DNA from: an uncultured Gemmatimonadales bacterium
Lineage (GTDB): Bacteria > Gemmatimonadota > Gemmatimonadetes > Gemmatimonadales > Gemmatimonadaceae
Length of the DNA stretch: 64,000 nt
Reading direction: 5' to 3'
NCBI GenBank assembly: GCA_963770025.1
Contig: CAVYNV010000002.1
Coordinates: 17,818-81,817 of the forward strand
Numbering within the stretch: position 1 is the stretch's first letter; each line of letters begins with the position of its first letter. The notes under the pieces are model-generated. The model had not been told where the DNA came from. It saw only the letters and a program-made list of their open reading frames with translations, and did no database searches. The position numbers and the translations under genes are program-made. Shown in pieces: positions 32,613 to 43,600 of the stretch.

Positions 32613-33436
32613 CCGAACCGTCCGGTGATGTACGCTTCCGTGCGCGGATCCGTCGGCGTCGTGAACAGGGCATTCGTGGGGGCGACCTCCACGAGCTCGC
32701 CCGAGAGCATGAATGCGGTGACATCGGACACGCGCGCGGCCTGCTGCATGTTGTGCGTCACGATCACTACCGTCATGTCGTCCCGCAGCTCGTAGACGAG
32801 CTCCTCGACCTTCTGGGTGCTGATCGGGTCGAGCGCACTCGTCGGCTCATCGAGCAACAGCACCTGGGGCTCGACGGCGATCGCGCGCGCGATGCAGAGC
32901 CGCTGTTGCTGGCCGCCCGACAGGCTCGTGGCGTCATCGCGGAGCCGGTCCTTCACCTCGTCCCACAGCGCGGCGCGGTGCAAGGCATGCTCGACGATGC
33001 CGTCAACCTCGGCGTTGGACAAGGACTGGCGATGTGCCACACGGAGGCCCGCCGCGATATTCTCGCGTATCGACATCGTCGGAAAGGGCGTGGGACGCTG
33101 GAATACCATCCCGATGTGCCGGCGGACCGCCGTCGGATTGACGTCGCGTCCGTAGATGTCGCGGTCATCCAGCCGCACCTGGCCGCTGACCCGCGCGGTC
33201 GGCAGCGTCTCGTGCATCCGATTGAGGCACCGGAGGAGCGTCGACTTACCCGACCCCGACGCGCCGATGATGGCCGTCACGCGTCGCTCGGGGATCTCGA
33301 GGCAGGCATTGCGGACCGCCTGACTCCCGCCGAACCAGGCGTTGAGCGCGTCGACGGCCACGTGCCCCTGCGCCCTGGTGGCGGGGACCGTGGTCGGGAC
33401 TGGGTGCGTCACCTCCGGCTCAATCGCCAGCGGCAC
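32609..33436 (-). CDS. pstB: phosphate ABC transporter ATP-binding protein PstB (proximal copy)
   Basis: [44 protein letters not shown], and C-terminal AYITGRFG. The start is uncertain: GTG 33436 overlaps pstA by 17 nt, and GTG 33412 is an alternative. The long track ORF to 33745 is out-of-frame overlap with pstA. Confidence 0.88.
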   Translation of the reverse strand: MPLAIEPEVTHPVPTTVPATRAQGHVAVDALNAWFGGSQAVRNACLEIPERRVTAIIGASGSGKSTLLRCLNRMHETLPTARVSGQVRLDDRDIYGRDVNPTAVRRHIGMVFQRPTPFPTMSIRENIAAGLRVAHRQSLSNAEVDGIVEHALHRAALWDEVKDRLRDDATSLSGGQQQRLCIARAIAVEPQVLLLDEPTSALDPISTQKVEELVYELRDDMTVVIVTHNMQQAARVSDVTAFMLSGELVEVAPTNALFTTPTDPRTEAYITGRFG

Positions 33437-34307
33437 TAAATCGACGGCGGATGGCGATTCGGGCGATGAGACTGATGACGAGGACGAGCGCGATGAGGAC
33501 GAGGGAGCCGGCCCAGGCTTGCGCGTGCCAGTCGTCGTAGGGGCTAACAGCATAGGTGAAGATCTGGAGGGGGAGGGCGGCGATCGGCTGAGCCAGGGAT
33601 GTCGACCAGAACTGGTTGCCGAACGCGGTGAACAGGAGCGGTGCGGTCTCGCCGGCGATCCGGGCGATCGCCACGAGGGCGCCGGTGACGATCCCGGCGC
33701 TGGCCGTTCGAAGAACGATCGTAAGCGACGTGCGCCAGCGGGCATAGCCGAGCGCGAGCGCGGCCTCGCGGAGCGATACCGGGACGGTCCGTACGATCTC
33801 CTCGGTCGTGCGCGCGACCATGGGGATCATCATGGCGCCGAGGGCGATCCCGCCCGACAGCGCGGAAAAGTGCCCCACGGGCCGAACGAGAAACTGCCAC
33901 GCGAAAATCCCCATGACGATCGAGGGAAGCCCGTTGAGCACATCGGACAGGAAGCGGACAGCCGTCGCAAAGCGCTCTCCGCGGCGCTCGGCCAGGTACA
34001 GCCCCGCACCGACGCCGATGGGGAGGCCGACCGCGCTGGCGAGCCCCATGAGGATCAGGGTCCCGACGATGGCGTTCGCCATCCCCCCGCCGGTCTCACC
34101 GACGGGCGCGGGCATGTTCGTGAAGAAATGCCAGCGAACGGCGCTGCCGCCGCGGTCCACGAGATGGACGAGGATGAAGATGAGCGGGAGGGTCGCGACG
34201 ACGGCGGCGAGGGCGATCAGACCGACCATGATTACGTTCACGACATGCCGCCGGCGGAGCCGCGCGTCGCCGCGCACCGCGCTCCACGGGATCGCCGTCG
34301 TGCTCAT
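33420..34307 (-). CDS. pstA: phosphate ABC transporter permease PstA
   Basis: A six-TM permease with the EAA-type loop [13 protein letters not shown], in the pst operon position. Confidence 0.92.
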   Translation of the reverse strand: MSTTAIPWSAVRGDARLRRRHVVNVIMVGLIALAAVVATLPLIFILVHLVDRGGSAVRWHFFTNMPAPVGETGGGMANAIVGTLILMGLASAVGLPIGVGAGLYLAERRGERFATAVRFLSDVLNGLPSIVMGIFAWQFLVRPVGHFSALSGGIALGAMMIPMVARTTEEIVRTVPVSLREAALALGYARWRTSLTIVLRTASAGIVTGALVAIARIAGETAPLLFTAFGNQFWSTSLAQPIAALPLQIFTYAVSPYDDWHAQAWAGSLVLIALVLVISLIARIAIRRRFSAAGD

Positions 34308-35281
34308 GCCCGGCCCCCGATGCGCGAGACACGGAGCACGAGCCAGCGGGCGATGGCATTCACCACGAGCGTGATGACGAAGAGGGTGAAGCCGACCGCC
34401 ATGAGCGCCGAGAGGTGGAGGTCACCCGACGCCTCGGAGAACTCGTTGGCGATGAGCGACGCCATCGTGTATCCCGGCGCGAAGAGGGAGGCGGAGATCT
34501 CCGGTCTGTTGCCGATGAGCATCGTGACCGCCATCGTCTCGCCCAGCGCACGGCCGAGACCGAGGATGATGCCGCCGATGATCCCCGATTTCGCAAACGG
34601 CAGCACGGCCCCCCAGATCGTCTCCCATTTGGTCGCCCCGAGGGCGAGCGTGGCCTCGCGTTGCGACCGGGGAACGGCCATGAGCACCTCACGCGACACC
34701 GACGAGATGTAGGGTAGCACCATGACCGCCAGGATCAGCCCGGCGGCCAGCATGCTCGTACCGTAGGCCGGTCCGGAGAAGAACGGGGTCGAGCCGAGAT
34801 GCAGCGTGTCGCGCAGAAAGGGCATGATCGCCGTGCGGAGAATGGGGATCAGAACGAATATGCCCCACAGCCCATACACGACGCTCGGGATCGCCGCGAG
34901 GAGGTCGACGAGGAACGCGACCGGCTGGCGGAGCCAGGGCGGCGCGAATTCCGACAGGAAGAGCGCGACGCCAATGGCGAGCGGCGTCGCGAGGCAGAGC
35001 GCGATGGCCGAAGAGACCAACGTGCCATAGATGGCGGGTGCAGCGCCGAACTGGCCGTGGACCGGATCCCACGCGCTCGACGTCAGGAACGAGAGGCCGA
35101 AACGGTGAAAGGCGGGCCACCCTGCACGGGCGATCTCGACCGCGATGAGACCGAGGAGAAGTGGGACGCAGACCGCGAAGAACGCAATGGTCCAATCGTA
35201 CAGCCGGTCCCCGACCGCCCATCCGCTGATACGGATCGCGGAGCGGCGTACGCGGAGCGCGGTCGGGGTAAGAGTCGTCAC
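34304..35281 (-). CDS. pstC: phosphate ABC transporter permease PstC
   Basis: A permease with REATLALGATKWETI. It has 4-nt overlaps with both pstS and pstA. Confidence 0.92.
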   Translation of the reverse strand: MTTLTPTALRVRRSAIRISGWAVGDRLYDWTIAFFAVCVPLLLGLIAVEIARAGWPAFHRFGLSFLTSSAWDPVHGQFGAAPAIYGTLVSSAIALCLATPLAIGVALFLSEFAPPWLRQPVAFLVDLLAAIPSVVYGLWGIFVLIPILRTAIMPFLRDTLHLGSTPFFSGPAYGTSMLAAGLILAVMVLPYISSVSREVLMAVPRSQREATLALGATKWETIWGAVLPFAKSGIIGGIILGLGRALGETMAVTMLIGNRPEISASLFAPGYTMASLIANEFSEASGDLHLSALMAVGFTLFVITLVVNAIARWLVLRVSRIGGRA

Positions 35282-36372
35282 GTCGCGGGACCGAACTTGA
35301 TCGAGTCGAGACGCGGGGTGAGCATCGAGACGATTGCGGCGGGCAGTGGCGCATAGTCGAGGGCCGCCGCCTCCTGCTCGCCGGTCGTGAGCGCCCAGCG
35401 GAGGAAGTCGACGAGCTGCTTCCCCTTCGTGGCGTCGGGGATGCTCCGCGGGACGAGGAGGAACGTGAAAGAGGAGATCGGATAGGCGCCGGTCCCGGGC
35501 GCGTTGACGATGGATACGCGGAAATCGGTGTTCGGCGGGAGCTTCGCCGCGATACCGGCCGCATCGGCCGTGACGGATGCTGTCGTGGGCACGACAAACT
35601 CCCCATTCGCGTCCTTGACCGATGCGAACGGCAGATTGTTCTGGGCGGCGTATGCCAGCTCGACGTAGCCGATGGCGCCCGGAGTCTGCTTGACCTGGCC
35701 TGCCACCCCTTCATTGCCCTTGGCTCCGATGCCGACGGGCCACTGTAACTCCTTCCCCTTGCCGGGCGCCTTGGCCCATGCCGGGCTGACCGCGGCGAGG
35801 TAATCGGAGAAGATGTAGGTCGTCCCGCTGCCATCGGATCGGTGCACGACGAGGATGTCCTGATCCGGCAGCGTCACGCCGGGGTTGATCGCCTTGAGAC
35901 CTGGCGCGTTCCATTTGGTCACCTTTCCCGCGAAGATGTCGGCGATCATGTCTCCGCTGAGTTTGATTGGCTGGGTGACGCCCGGAACGTTGTACGTTAT
36001 CACGACCGCCCCAAGGACAGTGGGGAAATGGAGGACGGGGACCTTGAGCTTGGCGACCTCGTCGTCCGACATCGGGGCATCGGACGCGCCGAAGTCGACT
36101 GTGCCCTCGGTGACCTGGCGGATGCCGCCCCCGGACCCGATCGACTGATAGTTGATCTTGACGCCGGTCTTCGCGGCGTATTCCGAGAACCACTTCGAGT
36201 AGATCGGGTAGGGAAAGGTCGCGCCGGCACCGGTTAGGTTGGCCCCTGTGGTCGATGTGGCGCCCTTGGCGGAGCTATCCGAGGCGCCGGCCGGCTTCGC
36301 GCTCCCCGTATCGCCGCCGCATGCCGCAAGCGCGCTGGAGAGGACCGTAACGATCAAAACCGTGCGAATCAT
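35278..36372 (-). CDS. pstS: phosphate ABC transporter substrate-binding lipoprotein PstS
   Basis: Lipobox LSSALAACGG, GAGATFPYPIYSKW, YQSIGSGGG, HRSDGSGTT. ATG 36372 has GGAG 7 nt upstream. Confidence 0.93.
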   Translation of the reverse strand: MIRTVLIVTVLSSALAACGGDTGSAKPAGASDSSAKGATSTTGANLTGAGATFPYPIYSKWFSEYAAKTGVKINYQSIGSGGGIRQVTEGTVDFGASDAPMSDDEVAKLKVPVLHFPTVLGAVVITYNVPGVTQPIKLSGDMIADIFAGKVTKWNAPGLKAINPGVTLPDQDILVVHRSDGSGTTYIFSDYLAAVSPAWAKAPGKGKELQWPVGIGAKGNEGVAGQVKQTPGAIGYVELAYAAQNNLPFASVKDANGEFVVPTTASVTADAAGIAAKLPPNTDFRVSIVNAPGTGAYPISSFTFLLVPRSIPDATKGKQLVDFLRWALTTGEQEAAALDYAPLPAAIVSMLTPRLDSIKFGPAT

Positions 36373-36447
36373 GGAGATGCTCCGTCGGTGGGGGGGTGTG
36401 ACCAGCCACCCCCCCCGGTCCGAACTTAGACCGGAGCGGGGCGGGTG

Positions 36448-36477
36448 GTGACTCCCCATTTGTAAAGAGAATGTCAC
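36448..36477 (-). promoter_or_regulatory. candidate Pho-box-like element upstream of pstS
   Basis: The minus strand reads GTGACATTCTCTTTACAAATGGGGAGTCAC. It has a TTTACA core and a GTGAC/GTCAC inverted pair, and resembles elements upstream of the porin and phoB. Confidence 0.25.
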
Positions 36478-36507
36478 GGAAACGGGACCGTCTCCGCCGG
36501 CGTGCGA

Positions 36508-37974
36508 TTAGGGGAAGATGTATCGGATGGACGTGAAGGCCATTCCGTCGATGGCCTCGGGATGGATCCCATTTGCCCCGGACCAGGCATCGCGGACGGT
36601 GTATGAGTACTGGAGGCCCCACTGGAAGATCCCGGCGGGACCTTTATAGAAGCGATACCACGTTTGGAGATTGCCCTGGTAGATCACACGTGTGTCGGCG
36701 TTGCACGTGCCGGACACGGGGGTATAGGTCGCCGACGGGTACAGCTCGGTCGTGCACCCCGAGTTGTTGTTGAGCTTGGATCCGTAGCCGACGCCACCAC
36801 CGGTCGTGTTGAACGACGCTTCGCGGTAGGCATACTCGAGCCCGCCATACGCGTCGATGTCCAGCTTGCGGTCGGGATGCGCCTCGATCGACAGCAAGGC
36901 GTGCGCGGCCCGGATCGGCACAATGGTGCCGTCTGCGCGCAGCGTCGCATCGGCGAGTTGCGACGTGCCGTAGCGGCCAATGCCGCGCCCCCACAATCCG
37001 CTTACGCCGATGTCGACGACCTTGGGAAACGACCAGACGGCTGCCGCGCCCACACCGCCGGCTTCGGTGGTCGAGTTGCGGGTCCCTCCGAAGGCGTCAA
37101 CCGAGTCGAAGATCCGGTCGCGCATGACGCGCCCCAGGGCCTTGATCTCGTAATGGCCGAATCCGGGGTCGATCGCGATCTTGCCGATCAGGTCCGGCGC
37201 CGGGTCAACCGAATAGTTGCTGGTCGCGTTGAGCTGGTTGCCGCCCACGGTACCGATCAAGACCGGCGTGTCGGGCGTTCCGCGCGAGCTGAACGTCATC
37301 TGCGGCGCCTCGGCCGCGATCGCCAGCCAGACGTGGTTATCGATGTTCTGGGTCAGGCGGAGCGCCCATTGCCGGGCCCAGTCGAATCCCGCGGCATACT
37401 GTGCGTCGATCACGGCGGGAGACATCTCCGAGCGCGTGGCGATCCCGGCCCTGTTCGTCGTCAGCAGACTCCACGTCTGACCCGCGGTGAGCGTGAATCC
37501 GCCGGTGAACCCGGCCTGCGCCCAGAACTGCCGGAGGCGGAGGGCATAGCTGTTGCTTTCGTTCGAGTTGGAGTTGGTCCCGACCGTGAGGAAGTCCGAC
37601 TCCCAGTACCCGCTCAGAGTCGCGGCGGGAACCTTGCCGTTCACGAATAGCCCGAGGCGCGACTGGCGGGCACTCGCCCGAAACTCGGTCAGCTTCGCCT
37701 GGGTCGTCCCATCAAAAGGAATGGCGTTGAACGAGGAGCCAATGTCGGCGCTCTCGTCGCGCTCGCGCCAGACGGCCTCCGCCGCGAAATAGCCGACGGG
37801 CTGGATCGTGATCCCTTTGTAGCGTATCGCGAACGTATCGGCGCTCGCCTGCTGCGCGGATGCGGGGGCCGAGGACAGAAGCCCCACACCAACGGCGAGG
37901 GCCCCCCCCACGGCGCGCGTCCAGGCGGCGAACCGAGACGACCGAGCGACCTGACTACGGTTGGTCCGTATCAC
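36508..37974 (-). CDS. outer-membrane beta-barrel porin, possibly phosphate-regulated
   Basis: It has a signal peptide ending APASAQQ, alternating aromatic/hydrophilic beta-strand patterning throughout, and an aromatic C-terminus (SIRYIFP). It lies immediately upstream of pstS. GTG 37974 has GAGGAG 7 nt upstream. Specificity is inferred from context only. Confidence 0.6.
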   Translation of the reverse strand: MIRTNRSQVARSSRFAAWTRAVGGALAVGVGLLSSAPASAQQASADTFAIRYKGITIQPVGYFAAEAVWRERDESADIGSSFNAIPFDGTTQAKLTEFRASARQSRLGLFVNGKVPAATLSGYWESDFLTVGTNSNSNESNSYALRLRQFWAQAGFTGGFTLTAGQTWSLLTTNRAGIATRSEMSPAVIDAQYAAGFDWARQWALRLTQNIDNHVWLAIAAEAPQMTFSSRGTPDTPVLIGTVGGNQLNATSNYSVDPAPDLIGKIAIDPGFGHYEIKALGRVMRDRIFDSVDAFGGTRNSTTEAGGVGAAAVWSFPKVVDIGVSGLWGRGIGRYGTSQLADATLRADGTIVPIRAAHALLSIEAHPDRKLDIDAYGGLEYAYREASFNTTGGGVGYGSKLNNNSGCTTELYPSATYTPVSGTCNADTRVIYQGNLQTWYRFYKGPAGIFQWGLQYSYTVRDAWSGANGIHPEAIDGMAFTSIRYIFP

Positions 37975-37986
37975 GCATTACTCCTC

Positions 37987-38028
37987 GGGTAAAGGTCCGG
38001 GGTAATGGTGGACAATCCCTGTAAAAGG
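37987..38028 (-). promoter_or_regulatory. four helically phased TTTACA-like direct repeats (candidate Pho box) upstream of the porin gene
   Basis: The minus strand reads ccTTTTACAgggaTTGTCCaccaTTACCCcggaccTTTACCc. The hexamers start about every 10-11 nt. Confidence 0.3.
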
Positions 38029-38105
38029 TTCAGCCCGGTCGTGTATCGGCCGTGTCACGATTGCCGGGGAGCGGGACCATTGGCGCGCCGGGCCCCGCGG
38101 TCGGC

Positions 38106-39500
38106 CTACGGCAGGCGGTCGGTCGGGTCGAGGCCGATTGCGAAGGCGAGCGCGCGCTTGGTCAGCGAAACCTCGATCACGGCCTCAGCACTGAGGGATC
38201 GCGCCTGGGCCAGAGCGGCCTGTGCCGTCAGCAGGTCGACGATCGAGGCGAATCCGACGTCGTATCGGCCCGACGTGAGCTCGAAGGAGGCTTGGGCCGC
38301 CGCGAGGCCGGATCGGGCGGACACCAGGCGCTGCTGGGCGACGGCGTATTCGCCGATCGCGCGTGCGACGTTGCCCGCCACCTGGAGCCGGACGTCTTCC
38401 GCGCCGAGCTGCGCGGCCGAGTATGCCACGCGCGCTTCCTGCACGTCGACATGGGACTGGAACATGTTGAGGACGTTGTAGCCGAGCCCAAGGGAAAACA
38501 CGGTGGTGACCTGGTTGCCGACCTGGGGCGCGAGCGCGCTTTGGATTCCGGTGATCTGGTTCGTGCCGTTGAGCAACGTCTGGTCGAAGACTCGGCCATC
38601 CGCCACGAGGCTGATTCCCGCATTGAGCGTGGGCAATGCCTCGGCTCCGGCGCGCCGCATCCCCCACCGCCTGGCGTCCACCTCCGCCTGGGCGGCCTCG
38701 AGGTCGGCGCGCTGGGCAAGCGCGGCGACCGCGAGACCCGCCGTGTCCGCATAGTGGGCGCCCAGCGCAACCGTATCCAGCGAGGGCTCGGACAGTGTCA
38801 CGGGCTCCTGGGGATCGATGTGGAGCTGCTGGAGCAGCGAGATCTGATCCGCGCGCTGGCGATTGACCGCGTCGAAAACCGCGGCCTCGTTAGCGCTCTC
38901 CTGCGCCTGGGCCCGATAGAGGTCCGCGGGTGGTCGCTTGCCGACGCGGACCAGCTCCCGCACCTGCGTCACCTGTTGCTGCGACACGGAATCGTTCTGC
39001 CGCGCGATGTCCACCAGGCGCCCATCCAGAATCACCTGCAGGTACCCCTGCTCCGCGTCAAGCGCCACGGCTTGCCGCGTGCGCGACACCGAATAATTAC
39101 TCGACGCGAGCGCGTACCGCGCGGCGCGCACCCCCGGGTACGCGGACAGGGCTCCGAGGACGTTGAGTGACGTCGACAGCTGGTACCCCATCGTCTCGAT
39201 GCGCGAGTCCCAGGGGACGATGGCGGTCGAGGACACGAGCTGATTGCCGGCGTCGTAGGTGCGATACGCCGCGATGTTGGCGTTGGGGATGACCGGCGCA
39301 TAGCTGCGCGTCACCTCGGACTGGGAGATCCGCGCGAAGAATTGGGCGTTCTGCAGCGGCGTAGCCGTCGTCACCGCGCGCGCAACGGCGCTGTCGAGCG
39401 TGAGATTGATGGGGGGTGCGATGGCGGCGGTCTGGGGTCGTGCGCGTGCGCCCGCGACGCAGAGTGCGAGGACGGCGATCGCGAGGTGACGCGCGCTCAC
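38106..39500 (-). CDS. TolC-family outer membrane efflux protein
   Basis: It has a signal peptide, a duplicated OEP-repeat architecture with long alpha-helical Ala/Gln-rich segments, and a 4-nt overlap with the MFP gene. Confidence 0.85.
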   Translation of the reverse strand: MSARHLAIAVLALCVAGARARPQTAAIAPPINLTLDSAVARAVTTATPLQNAQFFARISQSEVTRSYAPVIPNANIAAYRTYDAGNQLVSSTAIVPWDSRIETMGYQLSTSLNVLGALSAYPGVRAARYALASSNYSVSRTRQAVALDAEQGYLQVILDGRLVDIARQNDSVSQQQVTQVRELVRVGKRPPADLYRAQAQESANEAAVFDAVNRQRADQISLLQQLHIDPQEPVTLSEPSLDTVALGAHYADTAGLAVAALAQRADLEAAQAEVDARRWGMRRAGAEALPTLNAGISLVADGRVFDQTLLNGTNQITGIQSALAPQVGNQVTTVFSLGLGYNVLNMFQSHVDVQEARVAYSAAQLGAEDVRLQVAGNVARAIGEYAVAQQRLVSARSGLAAAQASFELTSGRYDVGFASIVDLLTAQAALAQARSLSAEAVIEVSLTKRALAFAIGLDPTDRLP

Positions 39501-40618
39501 GCCGCGCGGTCTTGGGCGGTGTCACCGCCCACGGGCTGGACGCGCTGCCCTTCGGTCACGGCATCGCCAAGGTTGCGCGCGACGCGCTGGCCCTCCGTCA
39601 CGCCATCGAGAACCCGCACCGTCGCGCCATCGGTGTCGACGATGTGGATCTGGCGAAAGGCGACCGTGTTGTTGGGCGTGACCACGGCCACGAACTGCTT
39701 CTCCCCGCGCAGCACGAGCGCATCGGCCGGAATCTCGAGATACGCGGGGGCCACGATGTTCAGCTGCACCTGGACAAAGCTGCCCGGGACGATCGCGTTG
39801 TTCGGGTTGCGCACATCGATCTCCGCCATGAGCGTCCGGGTGCTGGGATCGAGCTCGCCCGTGTATCGGGCCACCGTGCCCGTCACCTGCAGCTGCGGGC
39901 GATTGGGGTCGGTGACGACGGCGACCGCGCCGCGCCGAACGTCCGCCGCATCGTGCTGATCGAGGTAGACGTACACGCGCAGGGAATCGGTCTGCGACAC
40001 CACCACGACCGGGAGCGCCCCGTTCGCCGCGTTCTGCGCGTCCTGCACGAGAGCGCCGGGGTCGGCAAAGCGTGCCGTCACGCGTCCGGAGAATGGAGCC
40101 CGCAGCGTCTCGTATCCCTTGAGCGTCGCGAACTGCTGCGCCCGCGCCTCCGCCGCCTGCGCATCGGTTTCGGCGGTCTCCGCCTCTTCCGGCGCGATGA
40201 GCTTCGTGCTGACCAGCTGCCTGTCGCGGTCCGCGATCACCCGATCGTTGGCCGCCTGGGCCGCGGCGCCGGCGTATTGCTGATCGGTTTCGGGCGACTC
40301 GACCACGGCGAGCACCTCACCCTTCGTGACGCGATCCCCCTTGTCGACGCGGATGTCCTTGAGATAGCCACTCACCTTGGAGTACAGGGTGACCGAGAGA
40401 AACGGTTGCGCCTCGGCCTGCAGGGTCAGGGTGCGCGACCCAGGCGACCGCGTGACGAGCGCGGTCTCCACCCGCGGCCCGGCCGCGACCTCGTCGCGCC
40501 GGCGGCGGACGGCGTCGGCCGCCGAGTTGCGGCGGCCGATGGCCTTGGCCGCGACGACGCCGGCCGAGACGAACACGAGGATGATCCCGCCGACGTAGAG
40601 CCGGCGCGCGGACGTCAC
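39497..40618 (-). CDS. RND efflux periplasmic adaptor (membrane fusion protein, HlyD/AcrA family)
   Basis: An N-terminal TM anchor, a lipoyl-like motif VSGYLKDIRVDKGDRVTKGEVLAVVE, a coiled-coil region and a beta-barrel C-terminus. Confidence 0.88.
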   Translation of the reverse strand: MTSARRLYVGGIILVFVSAGVVAAKAIGRRNSAADAVRRRRDEVAAGPRVETALVTRSPGSRTLTLQAEAQPFLSVTLYSKVSGYLKDIRVDKGDRVTKGEVLAVVESPETDQQYAGAAAQAANDRVIADRDRQLVSTKLIAPEEAETAETDAQAAEARAQQFATLKGYETLRAPFSGRVTARFADPGALVQDAQNAANGALPVVVVSQTDSLRVYVYLDQHDAADVRRGAVAVVTDPNRPQLQVTGTVARYTGELDPSTRTLMAEIDVRNPNNAIVPGSFVQVQLNIVAPAYLEIPADALVLRGEKQFVAVVTPNNTVAFRQIHIVDTDGATVRVLDGVTEGQRVARNLGDAVTEGQRVQPVGGDTAQDRAA

Positions 40619-40628
40619 GGGGCGTGCC

Positions 40629-43600
40629 TCATATTTCCTCGCGATAGTCGCCGCCCTTCTCTTCGGCCGCGAACCGGCTTTCGAGGCGATACTTGTTGGG
40701 CAGCGTCCGGCTCAGGGCGGCGTACAGCGTCGGGACGACGCACAGCGTCATGACGGTGGCGATCGCGAGGCCACCGATGACGGCGCGGCCGAGGGGGGCG
40801 TTCTGCTCGCCGCCCTCGCCGGCTCCGATGGCCGTCGGCAGCATACCGAAGATCATGGCGAGGGCGGTCATGAGGACGGGCCGCATGCGCGTCTTGCCAG
40901 CCTCGATCGCGGCCGCCAGCGGCGCCATGCGGCGCTCGATGCGGATGTCATGCGCAAAGCTCACCACGAGGATCGAGTTCGCAACCGCAATGCCGACCGC
41001 CATGATCGATCCCATGAGCGACACCACGTTGATCGTCGTATGCGTGAGGGCGAGCATCCACAATATCCCGATCACGGCGCCCGGGACGGCGGCCATGATG
41101 ATGATCGGGTCGAGCCAGGATTGGAACAGGACAACCATGAGAAAGTAGACGAGGAGGACCGCGACGCCGAACCCCAGCCCGAGGGTGGAGAAGGCCTCGT
41201 GCATGACCTCCCCCTGGCCGCGCACGGTGATGTGCATGCCGGCCGGGAGCGCGCCGAGATCGCCGATCGTGTGCTGGATTCCGGTGACGACGGACCCGAG
41301 GTCGCGCCCTTCGACATTCGCCGTGATGTCCAGGACGCGGGCCACGGTGTAATGCGTGACCTCGTCGGGCTCGTTCGTGGGCGTCATCGTGGCGACGTTG
41401 TCGATCGTCTCGACCGGCGATCCCGGCATGTCGGCGGCGCGACGCAGCGACGCGAACGAATCCTCGGGCCCGCTCCCTGCCGTGATCGGGGTCGCCATGA
41501 CCTGCTCGCCCGATGCCACCTGGGGCAGGGGGACCTGGACGGCGACGAGGTAGTTCACCTGATTGCTGGGGTTCACGAAATACGATGGCGACACGAGGGC
41601 GCTCGACGACAGCGAGACGAGCATGCTGTTGGCAACGTCGCGCTGCGTGAGTCCCAGCTGGGCCGCGCGCTGCCGGTCCACATTGAGGAACAGGGTCGGA
41701 TAGTCGAGGACCTGTTTGATCGTGACGTTGGTAGCCCCGGGGACGGTCCGGATCGAATCGCGGAGCGAGCGCGCCACGGCGAAGGCGCGATCGAGATCCG
41801 GGAACTGGATCTGCACATCGATGGGCGCCGACAGGCCGAAATTGAGCACCTGGCCCACGATATCCGCCGTCTGAAAGTAGATCGTCGACCCGGGGAAACT
41901 GGCGGTGAGCACGGCCCGGATGCGCCGGACGTACCCCTCGGTCGGAGCGTGACCCGGCTTGAGCGCGACGAGAATCTCCGCGTCCATGTCGCTCACGTTG
42001 TCGGTGGGGACGAACGCCGCATTGAGCGGCGGCGGCACGCCGATCATCGAATTGATCGTTTGCAGCTGGGCGGACGGGACCGTATGCCGGATGAGGTCCT
42101 CGGCGCGCGCCACCAGCGCCTCGGTGTCCTCGATCCGCGTGCCGGTGGGCGCGCGAAAATGGATCTTCATCATCCCGGCGTCGGTCGAGGGGAAGAAATC
42201 CGTGCCGATGACGGGGACGAGCGCGATGCTGATGACCAGGAGGAGCCCGGCGACGGACAGCGTGAAGCCGCTGTGGACGATCAGGCCCTCGAGGAAGCGG
42301 CCGTAGGCGTTCTGGAACCGGACAAAGGCGCGGTCGCGCGCCGCATTGAAGCGCCGCGCCCACCGCGTTGCCCAGCCGGCTTCCGCCGCGGCACCGTCCG
42401 GCGGGGCCGCCAACCGGCCGCTTTCCGTCAAGACGGGCCCTTCGCCGGAGTGGACGGGCTCGCCCGCGAGCAGCATACGCGCGAGCGTCTTGACGAGGGT
42501 GCGCGACAGCACGTAGGAGGCCAGCATCGCGATGATGACGGCGATCGACATTGGGACGAAGAGGAATCGGGCGGGTCCCGTCAGGAGAACGACCGGGAAG
42601 AACACGATGCAGATGGCGAGCGTGGCGACGATGAGGGGCGTCGAGATCTGCGCCGCGGCGTCCAGGATGGCGACCGTGAGGGGCTTGCCCAGGGCGCGGT
42701 TCCGGTGGATGTTCTCGACCGCCACCGTCGCGTTGTCGACGAGGAGGCCGACGGAGAGGGACAGACCGCCCAGCGTCATGATGTTGAAGCTGTTGCCCGT
42801 CATCTTGAGGCCGATGATGGCCGTCGCGATCGCGAGCGGGATCGAGGCGCACGCGACGATCGCGCTGCGCCAGCTGCCGAGGAAGACGAGGATCATGAGT
42901 CCGACGAGCACGGCCGCGATAAGCGCCTCGCGGACGACGCTCGTGACGGCGGCCCGCACGAATCGCGACTGATCGAAATCGAGGCGCACGTCCAGCCCCT
43001 GCGGGGCGACGGATTCGATCTCGGGAATGATGGCGCGCGCGGCCTCGACGACGGCGAGCGTCGAGGCATCCGATTTCTTGAGGATCGTCAGGTAGGCGGC
43101 GCGCCGCCCGTCGACGCGGACGATGTTGGTCTGGACGGCATACGAGTCGTGGACGGTGGCCACGTCGCCGATGGTGACGAGGGCGTTATTGACGACCTTG
43201 ATCGGAATGGTGGCGAAATCCGGAACCGATGCGGGGCTCGAGTTGAGCGCGATGTTATACTCGCGATCGCCAATGCGCGCCGTGCCGGCCGGAATGATGA
43301 CGTTCTGGCTGAGGAGGGCCTTGACGACATCCTCGGACGAGAGGTGCTTGGCCGCGAGAGAGCGCGGGTCGACGTTGATCATGATCTCGCGGATTTTCCC
43401 GCCGTAGGGCCAGGGCGTCGAGAGTCCGGGGATCGTGAACAGACGGAGCCGGATGAAATTCTGGCCGTAATCCGCGATCTTCGCTTCGGACAGTGATGCC
43501 GAGCTGAGCGTCATCTGCGCGACCGGGACGTTCGACGCGTTGGCCTGAATGATGTACGGGGGCGTGATGCCCGGGGGCATCGCGCGGAGCGACGTCGCGG

